From Candidatus Multivoradales bacterium (GTDB lineage: Bacteria > Acidobacteriota > Thermoanaerobaculia > Multivoradales > JAHEKO01), in assembly GCA_965223155.1 (NCBI GenBank), contig CBDCVR010000014.1:736001-800000 (forward strand): a stretch of 64,000 nt of DNA. Reading direction: 5' to 3'. The notes below the pieces were generated by a model that saw nothing but the letters and a program-made list of their open reading frames with translations, made no database searches and was not told the origin of the DNA. Made by a program: the position numbers and the translations under genes. Below are positions 16,832-28,300 of the stretch, in pieces (the stretch's first letter is position 1; the number at the start of each line of letters is the position of its first letter).

Positions 16832-19800
16832 TCGGAACATGGGATCGTCCCTTCTATGCGGCCGGTGACTACTTCCCGGGTGCGGTTTGCTAGGCACCTG
16901 AAGAACTCAAGGGGTGGGATCGTCGCCGGACGGGTCGCGGGATAGTGATGGACAAGTTCGTCTGCTACGTAGACCTCGTGTGCCGGGACACAGTCATGCT
17001 GACCCTCGAGGGCCCAGGTCAGAGAGCCGTCTGCATTGCGGCGCAGGGTCATATCGTAGTAGTAGCGGATCGGCGGAGCGAAGAACAACAAGGGATCGCT
17101 GGCTTCTCCGCTGATTCTCAGCGCTAGCAATCCCCCGGCCGACACCTCAGATTTCACCTGCATCTGTCCGATGTCAGCGCGGCCGTGGCGGTTGAAAAGG
17201 TAGCAGTCCCTCTCCTTGTTATCGTAGTCGCCTCCGTTCTCGGGCAGCCGAAAATCGACGCGTCCGTCGCCCTCCAGAGTCGAATCCTTGTGAAACTCCA
17301 TTGTCGGGCCGGCGGAAGGGAAGTTCGCGACGTGAAAGTCGGAAGAGTCAAGATCGACTCGAATGATCTGCTGGGTTCGGTACTTTTCCTTTCGGGTCGG
17401 ATGATTCGTCCCCGGGTGCTCCGGAAGCCCAACCGTTACCGGATCGCTTTCCAGCCATCGGTCATCTCCAGTGTGGATCGTGGTCTGAGGGACAGGCAGG
17501 ATAGGTGGCGTACACAGACCGACTCCGACCGGCAGATCCACATAGTTCGTCGGGATGAAGGTCCTGATCTCGATCTCCACCTCTTCGCCGGTACAGGACG
17601 TGGCACAGGTGACGTGGGTGTCCGCGACGTCCTCGTCCCCGGTGTCGAAGTCCGTAAAGCCGCTGCCGATGGCGCGGGCGCTGAGGACGCCGTCTCGGGG
17701 AGCGCTCTGCTGGCAGCCGCACTCCCTGGGAATGGCGACTTCCACCCGCTTGACGCCGGTGGGCGGACGGTTGGGATCTTCAGGTTCTCCATCCACGATC
17801 GAGATCTCGACAACCTTGACACAGGCATCGCTGTGGCGCACGGAGAAGGACTCCATGTCTCCGGTGGGCTCGGTCTCGGTCGGAGGCTCTTCGCGCTGGA
17901 CTCCGAAACACCATTCCTTGGTGAACATGTAGCCCCGCACCAGCGGGATCGTGATGCGGGCTTCCGCCCGGATGCAGAGATCGATGTTGTAGCCCCACTC
18001 GAAGGTCCCGGTGAGCGGTTCAAAGAAGACGCAGACGACGACGGCCCCCTCGACCTCGATCCGGGCATGGGTCTGCAGAACGGTCGCGTCAAGAACCCGT
18101 CCGATCTCGGGAACAAGATTGACCACATCGCCGGGCAGAACCGCGGCCGCCGTCTGCAGGTCCTCGAGAATCAGTTGCGTCGAAGTGTGATTGATGACGT
18201 TGTAGCGGAAGTTCTTGTCGTAGCAACCCGCGAAGAAGGCGTTTTCCGGAATCGTCGATTTGGGATTCGTAAAGTCCCCGTAGGTCGCGGGCGTCTGGAA
18301 GCGTGCGCCTCCGAGGGTCCGAGTCGCCGGAGAGCCACCGGACAAAGATGCAAGCACGCGGAGCGGAAGGCTGACGGAGCCGGCCGACGTCATGACCGAC
18401 AGTTCGCGCTCGCCGGTCGACGCGTCATCCTCCACGGACAGGACAGCCGATATCCCATTGGTTTCGGCGTGGACCGAGTGGAGCTGAATGCCAGAGCTGG
18501 AAGTGGAAATCGAGCCGCCACCTAGATTCGCACCAACGATGTGAAGCACGTAGGTCTCACCTCGGGCGACCTCGCTCGGTGTGTAGGTGTCCACCACCGG
18601 TCCGGGAGCAAGGACGCGGACGAGTGCCGACTCAACGCCACCGGCGGTCTCGATCGTCAGGACATGAAAGCCGGTCTCGGTCGCCCCTCGAGTATCGACG
18701 TCGAAGGCCAGCTGCTGGCCGGACGAAGTCACGGCGCTGGCGAGGGGAGTGCTCGCCGGATCGCCGGTCGCCGGCCGGGCAAAGGAGACCTCGGCGCCCG
18801 AGAGGCCCGATCCCGTGAGACTGGCGCGCGTCACCGCTCCCAGGGGCACGACGATGAGCTCGGAGTCAACCATCGGCAGGGCAGTGGACGGATCGACGAC
18901 CTTGACCACAGTGCTCTCGGTCTCGCCGAACGCGTCTCCGCTCACCGTCTCCATCTGCCACTGGATGACTTGGTTGCCTAGCGTTGCCGTCGTCGGGATC
19001 GTGACCTCGAAGACGAACGAGTGCGAACCAGATTCGTCGATCTGTGCACCTGCCGGCAGCTCCACGCTCGCCGGGAAGAAGTCGAGGTCGGCGTCGACGG
19101 CCAGCCGATGGGTGCCGGCCTGCCAAGTCGAGGTGCCGTTGTTGGCAACACTTACTGAGATCGTATGGGTCGAGCCGAGTGCCATCGGAGACGGAACGTT
19201 GGCCGAGACGATGTCGGCGTCGTTGGCCCCCGTCTGGCAGGTCACCTCGATGGGATGAGAGACGACGACGCCGAACCAGCCGACGCCCTCGTTGACCATC
19301 TGCCATTCCGTCACATAGCTTCCGGGCTGCGACGGCGCGGTCAAGGCGACCGAGAACGAATGCTGGGATTGCGGGGCGATCGAGGCGCTTGTGGGCAGCT
19401 GAACCCGAGTCGCATCGGCCCGGAACGGGTCGCTTCCTCCCGTCGGGCCTAGTTTGTAGCCGTCCGCCCGTGTCCAGACCGTGTCGCCCGTGTTCTTCAT
19501 CGTGACGGCATAGGTCCCCACTTCGCCACAGGCCATCTGCGACGGCAAGTTGTGGGCCAAGGCCTCTGCACCGTCCTGACAGGTCACGGTGATGGTCTTT
19601 GAGACCTTCTCGCCGAACCACTGCCCGTTCTCGACCATCTGCCACTCGGTGGTGAGAGTCGTTGCCGTCTCGGGCGCAACCAGCGAGACGTCAAAGGTGT
19701 GGGAGCCGTTCTCTTCGATCGCGAGGCTCGCCGGCAGGTGGACCCGGGCGCCGCTCGGGTTGAAGGGATCGCTGTCTCCGGTGACGCCCAATTGATGACC

Positions 19801-20766
19801 GCCGGCAGCGGTCCAGGGTTTCGAGCCGCCGTTGCGAAGCGTCACCTCGCGCACCAGGGTCGAGCCGCAGGTCATCACATCCGGCAGAGTGTCCGAGACC
19901 CGGGTCGCGCCGTTGACGCAATCGACGTCGATCCTGGCAGTCACCAGCGGGCCGAAGGGTTCGCCGTTGTGCTCCATCTGCCAGAGGGTCATGACGTCGT
20001 TCTGGTGGGTGTCGCTCGGGGCCTGGAGGGGAACCTTGAAAGGGTACTGGCCTCCGCCGCGACCGACCGTGACATTGCTCGGCAAGCGCACCGGAGCGCC
20101 GGACGGATTGAAGGCGTCGCTCGTGCCCACGTTGGCGAGATAGAACCCAGCCGCGTCGGTCCAGTCGGTCGAGCCCATGTTCTGGAGCGTCACCGTGGCT
20201 TCGTCTTCCGAAGAGCAGTTCATCGCCGCCGGGAACGCCTCGGCGGCGAGGACCGCGTGATCCCCACAGACGACGTTGATGTCCTTGAAGACGATCGAAC
20301 CGAACCATTCGACCCCCTGCTCGGCCATCTGCCACTCCGTGCGCACGACGCCGTGGACGTCCGGGGCGGTCAACTCGACGGTGAACGTGTGCCGCTGTCC
20401 CGGAGCGATGGTCGTGCCTACGGGGAGCCGGACCTTGTTGCCGTTCGGCCGAAACGGATCGTCGTTGTCCGTGACCCCGAGCCGGTGCCCGTTCGTACCG
20501 TCCTCGGTCCAGTCGCCCGTACCGACGTTCTCGAGCCGAATCGTGAACGACTCGGTGTCGCCGCAGTACATCGCGTCCGGCAGGTTCTGCGAGACGACAA
20601 GAGCATCATTGACGTCGGCGCCGACCGGCGGATCCTCTGGCCCCGGGTCGGGCTCCTGGGCGGTGGCGACCGCGGCTGCCGCGAGCACGGCTGCGCAGGC
20701 TCGCCCGATTCTTCGGTATCGGCGGGAGGGGCTAGCCTTCTGTCGTCCCATCCCAACCCACTCCAT
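16828..20766 (-). CDS. gene A2: same N-terminal scaffold as A1/A3 with a DUF3238-like C-terminal domain; putative polymorphic toxin
   Basis: First ~590 aa near-identical to A1/A3; C-terminal IRTFIP..GDDR..YRTQQ..ASDPLLFFAPPIRY..QHDCVPAHEVY resembles DUF3238. Confidence 0.78.
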   Translation of the reverse strand: MEWVGMGRQKASPSRRYRRIGRACAAVLAAAAVATAQEPDPGPEDPPVGADVNDALVVSQNLPDAMYCGDTESFTIRLENVGTGDWTEDGTNGHRLGVTDNDDPFRPNGNKVRLPVGTTIAPGQRHTFTVELTAPDVHGVVRTEWQMAEQGVEWFGSIVFKDINVVCGDHAVLAAEAFPAAMNCSSEDEATVTLQNMGSTDWTDAAGFYLANVGTSDAFNPSGAPVRLPSNVTVGRGGGQYPFKVPLQAPSDTHQNDVMTLWQMEHNGEPFGPLVTARIDVDCVNGATRVSDTLPDVMTCGSTLVREVTLRNGGSKPWTAAGGHQLGVTGDSDPFNPSGARVHLPASLAIEENGSHTFDVSLVAPETATTLTTEWQMVENGQWFGEKVSKTITVTCQDGAEALAHNLPSQMACGEVGTYAVTMKNTGDTVWTRADGYKLGPTGGSDPFRADATRVQLPTSASIAPQSQHSFSVALTAPSQPGSYVTEWQMVNEGVGWFGVVVSHPIEVTCQTGANDADIVSANVPSPMALGSTHTISVSVANNGTSTWQAGTHRLAVDADLDFFPASVELPAGAQIDESGSHSFVFEVTIPTTATLGNQVIQWQMETVSGDAFGETESTVVKVVDPSTALPMVDSELIVVPLGAVTRASLTGSGLSGAEVSFARPATGDPASTPLASAVTSSGQQLAFDVDTRGATETGFHVLTIETAGGVESALVRVLAPGPVVDTYTPSEVARGETYVLHIVGANLGGGSISTSSSGIQLHSVHAETNGISAVLSVEDDASTGERELSVMTSAGSVSLPLRVLASLSGGSPATRTLGGARFQTPATYGDFTNPKSTIPENAFFAGCYDKNFRYNVINHTSTQLILEDLQTAAAVLPGDVVNLVPEIGRVLDATVLQTHARIEVEGAVVVCVFFEPLTGTFEWGYNIDLCIRAEARITIPLVRGYMFTKEWCFGVQREEPPTETEPTGDMESFSVRHSDACVKVVEISIVDGEPEDPNRPPTGVKRVEVAIPRECGCQQSAPRDGVLSARAIGSGFTDFDTGDEDVADTHVTCATSCTGEEVEIEIRTFIPTNYVDLPVGVGLCTPPILPVPQTTIHTGDDRWLESDPVTVGLPEHPGTNHPTRKEKYRTQQIIRVDLDSSDFHVANFPSAGPTMEFHKDSTLEGDGRVDFRLPENGGDYDNKERDCYLFNRHGRADIGQMQVKSEVSAGGLLALRISGEASDPLLFFAPPIRYYYDMTLRRNADGSLTWALEGQHDCVPAHEVYVADELVHHYPATRPATIPPLEFFRCLANRTREVVTGRIEGTIPCSE

Positions 20767-20882
20767 CGTTGGTCACGGGCTGGAATGCGTTGGCGGACGA
20801 CGACTCGCGGCTCAGAAAGCCCTGAGAGCGACGGGCTCGCGCCGCCGGAGAACCGACACAACCATTACCAACCACGGAACAC

Positions 20883-20911
20883 AGGGTAGTGGCAACCGTT
20901 GTGATTCGCAA
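20883..20911 (-). promoter_or_regulatory. putative promoter of A2-B2 operon (TTGCGA-N17-TACCCT)
   Basis: Identical to 12869-12897. Confidence 0.55.
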
Positions 20912-21054
20912 GTCAATTTCAAGGCGAAGCCCCAAACGGCCCGACATCCTGAAGCCGAATCGGATGGGGTGAAGACAGGTCGAGCCCGAAACGGCGGCCC
21001 TTCCTAGCGCCGTATTCGACCGGCGGCGGCCGGGCCGCCCGAGCATCGCAAGCG

Positions 21055-21936
21055 GTGGACCTCTTGCTGGGCCGCGTCGAAAGCCGACCGGACGCCGTTT
21101 TGCAGCTCGGGCTCGCCCAGTATCAGAGCGGCGACCTGGACGGGGCGCTGGCTACCCTCGAGCCGGCCGCGGCGGCGCTGCTGGCTCGCCTCCAAGCCGG
21201 TCAGCCCGCCGGCGAATACCCCACGGCTCTCCTCATCGAGTACGGCCGCTTCCTGGTTCTGGGCGGCCGCCATGCCGAAGCGCTCCCCTATCTCGAGACC
21301 GCTACCAAGGTGGTCCCGGACAGGAAGCAGGGCTGGCAGCAGCTAGGTCAAGCCCTGGCCGCGGTCGGCCGCCGGGACGAGGCGCGAGCCGCCCTCGACC
21401 AGTTCCAGAGCATCGTCCAGAACGAGGTTCCCGGATCGCTACGCAACATCCGGCTCAAGGGCGGCTTTGAAGATCCCGTCGATCGCGAGCTCCGCCGCGC
21501 GTACCTGCTCATGCTCCAGGATCAAGGCGCCGAAGCGCTCGAGATCGTGCAACGGGAGGCTCGCCTGGCGCCCGAGGATCCCCGACCCCGCTTGCTCGAA
21601 GCCCGCATCTATCTCGCCCAAGAGGACTTCGACGCCGCGGCGGCCGCCGCCGAGGCTCTCGTCGCTGGACTTCCGGGTAACGCAGACGCCCTCTACATCC
21701 GCGGCACCACGCGCATGGCGCGGCAGGACATGGAGGGCGCCGAGAGCGACCTGCGCAACGCCCTCGAGCTCCATCCCGAGCACACCGCCGCCCTCAACGA
21801 CCTGGCCGTCCTGCTCATGGACACCGACCGGGGCCAGGAAGCTCGCGGCCTCCTGGAACGAGCGCTCGAGATCCGTCCCGACGACACCCTCGCGCGCGAG
21901 AACCTGAACAAGCTCGACGCCGGCGGCTCGGGCTAG
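21055..21936 (+). pseudogene. second 5'-truncated TPR duplicate, same protein sequence as 13041..13922
   Basis: Same 293-aa translation, offset 8014. Confidence 0.7.
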
Positions 21937-24900
21937 GGCAGCGGGGCTTCGAGTTCGATCCAGTTGATCTCGGCGCGCCGGTTGCTCTCGTTCCAGAGCT
22001 CATTGAACTTGACGATCCGAACGCGCACGTCCGAGTAGTCAGTCAAGCCCGAGGCCACCGAGGCCGGGATCGCAACCCGCACCGTCGACTCCTCGAAGTC
22101 GAGATCGCGGCCCCAGTACTTGAGGGTCGTACCGCCCTGGAGCAGCATGATCCGAATCCGGACCGGCTCGTTATCGAGCGCCCGGCCGCGGACCCGAAGG
22201 ACATGGCCTTCGTCGGTCCCGGGATCCGTCATCGAGGCCATCGCAAGGGTGAATGAGTCCGAGGTGCCGGCCGAGACCGAGGAGGTGACGACGTTCGTCA
22301 GATCATCGACCTGCTCGTGAACGGGTGTCGGCGAGAAGGAGTTGGTCGCGGTCGTACCGACAGCGGCCACCCGCTGGACCGGAGCGGAAACCTCGGGAAC
22401 CCGAAACTCGACCTCTACGAGCTCGGCCCGGCGGTCCGAGTTGTTGCCCGAGATCTCATGGAACTTGACCACCTTGATCTGGACGTCGCCGTAGTCTTCG
22501 AGATTCGTGGCGGCTTCGGGAGGTATGGCGACTACCGCGACCGACTCCTCGAAGCCGAACTCGAGGTTCTGGTAGGTCAGCGAGGTGCTTCCCCGCATCA
22601 GGTGCACGCGCAAGGTCACCGGGGCGTTGTCGAGCGCCCGGGCCCGGACGTGGATCTCGTGCCCGAGATCGGTATCCGGGTCGCTCATCGGGGCCATGCG
22701 GACCGTCAGAGCGTCGCTCAGGCTGGTGCCGGCGGTCATGCGGGAGGTCACCACGGTGGTGGGATCGTCGAGCTGGTCATGGACCGGCTCCGAGGAGATC
22801 CAGTTCGAGCTCAGGGTCTCGACCGGATAAGCGCGCCAAGACTCGAAGTCGAGGGCCGCCGGATCCGACAGGGCTTGTCCGTAGTCGCTCGAAGCCAGGC
22901 ACCGGTAGGTGCCCGCGCTCGAGGCGTCGACGTTCCGAATCGTAACCTGGGCAGTCGCGGCGCCTTCGATGCTGGCATCATCGGCCAGATCCGCGCCGTC
23001 TTTCTGCCACTGATACGAGAGGGTGCCATCGCCCGTTGCCGCGCACGAGAAGCTCGCCTCTCCGCCGGCGATCGCCGTCGCCGGGGCCGGCTGGCTCGTC
23101 ACCTGCGGCGGGTTTCCAATGACGAGACTCGCGGAAACGGACGTCACCTCGCCAAAGCCGTTCGCCACCCGGCAGGAATACCCGCCCGCATCGGACGCGA
23201 CCAGACTCGACACCGTCACGCTCGGAGTCGCTGAGCCCGTCACTCGGGCGCCATCCACGAGCTCGACGCCATTCCGCAACCATTGGTAGGCGAGCGGCTC
23301 CGAGCCCGAGGCCGAGCAGGAAAACGTGGCGCTCGTGCCGACAAGGGTCGAGACGCTTGCGGGACTTGTGGTGACAATTGGCGCTGACCCGACCGAGACC
23401 AAGGCCTGGGCCGAGATCGCCTCGCCCCAGTCGTTGGCGACGCGGCAGCTGTACTGTCCGGAATCGCTCCCAACTGCGTTGGAGATCGTCAAGGCTTGAG
23501 TCGAAGCGCCCGTGACACGGCCGCCGTCCACAATCGCCTGCCCGTCTTTGTGCCAGGAGTAGGCCAAAGGCTCCGTCCCGGCTGCGAGGCAGGACAACGA
23601 AACGGAGGAACCTTCGGACACAGCCTGAGGTGCCGGCCCTTCGGTCAGATGCGGCCGAACGGCGACGGTAAGCTCTGCGGGAGCCGAGATAGCTTCGCCA
23701 AACTCGTTCGAGACCTTGCACGAATACGCCCCGGCATCGCCGCTGGAAACCGAGTCGATTGTCAGCACAGGGGTCTCGGCTCCCGGAATGCCCTCGTCGC
23801 ACAGCGACACGCTGTCCCGCCACCAGCAGACGTAGGCGGGATGGTCGCTGTAGTAGTCACAGGTCAGCGAAACCGATTGCCCGGCCAGAACCGTCTGATC
23901 CACCGGCTGGTAGGTCAGCACCGGGGCATGCTCGTTGTCCGCCGGAGGCGCGGCGCCATTGCACAGGACGGTGCGCTCAATTCCCTCCAACTCGGCAAAA
24001 AGGTTCTGGCCGAACACGGCATCAGCTCGTATTGCGACTTTGGCTGGGGCGGCCGGAGTGGTATAGGAGACACTTAAGTTCAAAGTCTCGCCCGGGGAAA
24101 CTGGCCCGAGGGTCGAAAGATCGGCTTCGAGCAAGATAGGGTCGTGCATCGCGCCGTGCACAACCGCGCGAAGCTCATACCCGTCCTCGACTGTCCAAGT
24201 TGACGTGCCGTCGTTCAGGAAAGAAGCAACAAAGTCGTACGTCGTACTGCACTCGAGAACAGCGGGGATCGGCCCGGCTGAAAGTCGCGCGGAATCTCTA
24301 TCCCCGGTTTCCTGGGACGCCGAGAGCAGTGCTTCTGCCGAGTGCGAGTTCAGGATGGCGTTCGTTGCGAGGATGACGTCACCTTCGCCGGCCCAAAACA
24401 GAAAGGCCCGTTCCAGGACGGCGCGGTCAGCCGCGAGATCGATGATGTAGGTCACGTCTCGGTAGGCACTGAGGCTTCCCCGAACCGCGATCTTGGAGTC
24501 GTCAATCCACCACCAGGACTCGTCGCTCCATTCCGGGTAGAGTCGTCCTTCATCGAAGACGGACAGCGTCTCGACGAGATTTTCCCCTGTGGCCCTTTCG
24601 AAGATCCCGTAGAGGCCCGAAGCCCCGCCTTGAACATAGTGAGTCCCTCCTGGTGAGAGTCGGTCAAGGTAAGGGGATTGGTCGGCAGACGGGCTCCAGA
24701 CTGCGTTCGCCTCCCGCTCTAGCCGCATCTCGTCCTCGAACTGGGGATCGTCATAGCGCACAACCAAGGATCCCTCGGGTTCCCAGTGGACTTCAATTCC
24801 GCCCTCGAGAACCGATTCGACGACCCAGCCGTCCGTGGCGACGACTGCCGTTTGGCGGTTCATGAAGCGGTCGCTCTCAGCGTCTTCCCCCAATAAGATC

Positions 24901-25301
24901 GCCAGATACTTCGAGTCCGGAGACCATTGGAATCTGTAGCCTCCAGGCATTTCAAACAGCTGCATCCCGGAATCAGAATCCAGCACGCGGAGAAAAACGT
25001 AGCCCTCGACAAATGCGATGAACCGACCGTTAGGAGAGATTGAGGAATCTGCGATCCAGTTCCCTGCACCTTGCCAAAAGACCTCTGGCGGTTGCCCGAG
25101 CTGTTGGATGTAGAGGACATTCTCGCCGAAGGTCGTACCTTCAACAACGAGTTGGTGAAGTAGCTCAGCCGAGGTAACAACCCCGAAGCCGGCCAGCGAA
25201 CTCCAGTCCGAAGGCCTGGCGGCCATCGGAGTTCCGAAAACAAGGATAAGAACTGCTACAACCCGGATGCCCTGATCACGCAGTGACTTCACTGGTCGCA
25301 T
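21933..25301 (-). CDS. gene B3: secreted beta-propeller + NBR1-Ig-like + 4 Ig + duplicated C-terminal domain; putative cognate immunity/partner
   Basis: ATG 25301 with GGAG upstream (or GTG 25292, GTGA overlap); signal peptide; ISPNGRFIAFV, WSPDSKYLAIL; N-terminal part homologous to but clearly diverged from B1. Confidence 0.8.
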   Translation of the reverse strand: MRPVKSLRDQGIRVVAVLILVFGTPMAARPSDWSSLAGFGVVTSAELLHQLVVEGTTFGENVLYIQQLGQPPEVFWQGAGNWIADSSISPNGRFIAFVEGYVFLRVLDSDSGMQLFEMPGGYRFQWSPDSKYLAILLGEDAESDRFMNRQTAVVATDGWVVESVLEGGIEVHWEPEGSLVVRYDDPQFEDEMRLEREANAVWSPSADQSPYLDRLSPGGTHYVQGGASGLYGIFERATGENLVETLSVFDEGRLYPEWSDESWWWIDDSKIAVRGSLSAYRDVTYIIDLAADRAVLERAFLFWAGEGDVILATNAILNSHSAEALLSASQETGDRDSARLSAGPIPAVLECSTTYDFVASFLNDGTSTWTVEDGYELRAVVHGAMHDPILLEADLSTLGPVSPGETLNLSVSYTTPAAPAKVAIRADAVFGQNLFAELEGIERTVLCNGAAPPADNEHAPVLTYQPVDQTVLAGQSVSLTCDYYSDHPAYVCWWRDSVSLCDEGIPGAETPVLTIDSVSSGDAGAYSCKVSNEFGEAISAPAELTVAVRPHLTEGPAPQAVSEGSSVSLSCLAAGTEPLAYSWHKDGQAIVDGGRVTGASTQALTISNAVGSDSGQYSCRVANDWGEAISAQALVSVGSAPIVTTSPASVSTLVGTSATFSCSASGSEPLAYQWLRNGVELVDGARVTGSATPSVTVSSLVASDAGGYSCRVANGFGEVTSVSASLVIGNPPQVTSQPAPATAIAGGEASFSCAATGDGTLSYQWQKDGADLADDASIEGAATAQVTIRNVDASSAGTYRCLASSDYGQALSDPAALDFESWRAYPVETLSSNWISSEPVHDQLDDPTTVVTSRMTAGTSLSDALTVRMAPMSDPDTDLGHEIHVRARALDNAPVTLRVHLMRGSTSLTYQNLEFGFEESVAVVAIPPEAATNLEDYGDVQIKVVKFHEISGNNSDRRAELVEVEFRVPEVSAPVQRVAAVGTTATNSFSPTPVHEQVDDLTNVVTSSVSAGTSDSFTLAMASMTDPGTDEGHVLRVRGRALDNEPVRIRIMLLQGGTTLKYWGRDLDFEESTVRVAIPASVASGLTDYSDVRVRIVKFNELWNESNRRAEINWIELEAPLP

Positions 25302-28300
25302 CTCAGCTCCAGTGCGGTTTGAGGTTGTTTGAAACGGATGTGCAGATGGTTGTGGTGGTCGCCGACGTAGCTGAACTTGCTTGCCAGGTCCTTGCATCTC
25401 TTTTTGAGCTTGCTTCGCTCGTCACTGAGTATCGTCAAGATGCGGTCGCCGGTTCCGCTCGAACTGCCGTTCAGCAGCTTCAAGAAGTTGCAGGTCACTG
25501 CAGGTTCAAAAGTCGCATCGTCGTTACTGGTGCCTCGGAACTCAAACGGGCCATCATCCCAGTTGTGAAAGTAGCGCATATCTAGATCAAGTCCGTTTTC
25601 GTGGGTGGCGTGGTCCGGGGTATCTCCGCCCCGTTGCAAACTGAGGTCGTTGAACATGGGTTGGATCTCCTCGCCTTGCCAATTGGGGTTTCTTCCAACC
25701 GTGGGATTGTGGAATTGCTGCGCCGCAGCCCTGAGCCACGAGATGACGGACCAGTCGCAGCTGTAGTCGTGTGCTTGCCATCCGCCATAGCGACCAAAGT
25801 GCTCACTGGTGCCTAGTGCCGAAGAATTCACAAGGCATCCTGGCTCGCGTTTGCCGCCGATCGTGCCGTAGCCTCCAATGTGATGGCATGCCGTGCACGA
25901 GCCGCTCACGTGGGGGCCGGGGTCCACTCCTGTATCGAAGGGTGAGAATCCGGTGCCGGAGGCGCTGGCGAAAAGCCGCGTTTCGGTACTTCCGCCGGCA
26001 CAGCCACATCTTTGGGGCAACTGCACCTGGACCGTGCGGCGTCCGGTACGCGGGGGCCACTCGGGATCGCCCTCGATGACGGTTACGTCGACAACCCGGA
26101 CGCATTCGTCCTCGGTCCCAACCGACAAGGCATTCAGCTCGCCACTGGGCTCGGTTTCGTTTTCAAACGTTGGCCCTTCGAAGCCATAGCACCAGAGACC
26201 CGAAATCGACCAGCCTCTTACTAGCGGTATCGTTCCCCGGGTTTCGTAGTTGGCGCAGATCTCGAGATCGATCGCAAACTCGAAGACATTGTCACTGTTG
26301 AACGGATCGATTAGAACGCAGCCTACGAGAGACCCTTCGATCTCGAGTCGTGCAATGACGTGAAGTACATTGAGTTCGAGGAACTTCTCGGCCCCGGGTA
26401 GCAGACTGACGACTTCCGACGGCGCCATGTCCGCAAGCGACTCCAGGTCCTTCCATAGAGTCTGGGACTCGTCAAAGTCCAAGATGTTGTATCGGTAGTT
26501 CTTGGAGTAGCAGCCACTCAAGATACTTCCGGTAGGGAGCGTGACGTCCGGCTGGAGCAATGTCTCCGTAGGTCTTGGGGCCTGAAGCCGAACGCCTGTG
26601 CCGCCGATGAGCGTCTCGGCGACCGATGCCGTTGCCGTACTGCCACCTACCGTCAGCGGCAGCCGAACGCTGCCTTCGGAAGTGGTCACAACCAGTTCGG
26701 AGGCTCCCAAAGATGCTCCGTGGGTAACAGCAAGCGTTGCAAGGACCCCGTTCGGAGCGGTTCTGACGCTGTGAAACCGAAGGCCGCTCCCGCTCACCGA
26801 AAGCGTTGCACCCGAGAGATTCGCGCCGGCGATCTGAAGGAGGTACTGTCGGCCGCGCGCCACTTCACTGGGCGTGTACGAGTCAACCACAGGTCCCTTT
26901 GGAAGGATTCTCACGAGAGCGAAGTCGATACCTCCGTCGGTTGCGATAGCGAGGGCCTTGAAGCCGACGTCTGCGGACCGTGCGTCGATATCTAAGGTCA
27001 GCTGACTCGCAGAAGAAGAAACCGACGCCACCGAGGGCAGCCCTTTGTTGGCACCACCCGGGAGCCCGAACGAGACATCGGCACCTTGGAGATTTCCACC
27101 GGACAGGGTCGTCCGGGTAACCGCACCTTGGGGCACGACGATCAAAGCATCTGTCAGAGTTGGTGATCCGGCAGTCGGATTCGTGACTTGGATTGCGGAA
27201 GCGTCGAGCTCGCCAAAGCGGGTCCCGCTCGTAGTTTCCATTTGCCAACGGACAGAGTAGTAGCCAGGGACCGCTGAGCCGGGGATCGTGACCTCGAAGA
27301 CGAACGAGTGCGAGCCAGATTCGTCGATCTGTGCACCTGCCGGCAGCTCCACGCTCGCCGGAAAAAAGTCGAGGTCGGTGTCGACGGCCAGCCGATGGGT
27401 GCCGGCCTGCCAAGTCGAGGTACCGTTGTTGGCAACACTTACCGAGATCGTGTGGGTCGAACCGAGTGCCATCGGAGACGGAACGTTGGCCGAGACGATG
27501 TCGGCGTCGTTGGCCCCCGTCTGGCAGGCCACCTCGATGGGATGAGAGACGACGCCACCAAACCAGCCAACCCCCTCGTTGACCATCTGCCATTCCGTTA
27601 CATAGCTGCCAGGCTGCGCCGGTGCGGTCAGGGACACCGAGAACGAATGCTGGGATTGCGGGGCGATCGAGGCGCTTGTGGGCAGCTGAACCCGAGTCGC
27701 ATCGGCCCGGAACGGGTCGCTTCCTCCCGTCGGGCCTAGTTTGTAGCCGTCCGCCCGTGTCCAGACCGTGTCGCCCGTGTTCTTCATCGTGACGGCATAG
27801 GTCCCCACTTCGCCACAGGCCATCTGCGACGGCAAGTTGTGACCAACAGCCTGGGCAGCGTCTTGACAGGTCACGGTGATGGTCTTCGAGACCTTCTCGC
27901 CGAACCACTGCCCGTTCTCGACCATCTGCCACTCAGTGGTGAGAGTCGTTGCCGTCTCGGGCGCTACCAGCGAGACGTCGAAGGTGTGGGAGTCGTTCTC
28001 TTCGATCGCGAGGCTCGCCGGCAGGTGGACCCGGGCGCCGCTCGGGTTGAAGGGATCGGTATCCCCGGGAACCCCCAGTTGATGACCGCCGGCAGCGGTC
28101 CAGGGCTTCGAGCCGCCGTTGCGAAGCGTTATCTCACGAACCAGGGTCGAGCCGCAGGTCATGGAATCGGGCAGGGTGTCCGAGACCCGGGTGGCAGCGT
28201 TGACGCAATCAACGTCGATCCTGGCAGTCACGAGCGGGCCAAAAGGCTCGCCGTTGTGCTCCATCTGCCAGAGGGTCATGACGTCGTTCTGGTGGGTGTC

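Larger units (their letters stand above)
13026..20917. repeat. tandem ~8 kb unit, copy 2
   Basis: ~12225-15103 is near-identical to ~20239-23117 (offset 8014 nt). Confidence 0.9.
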
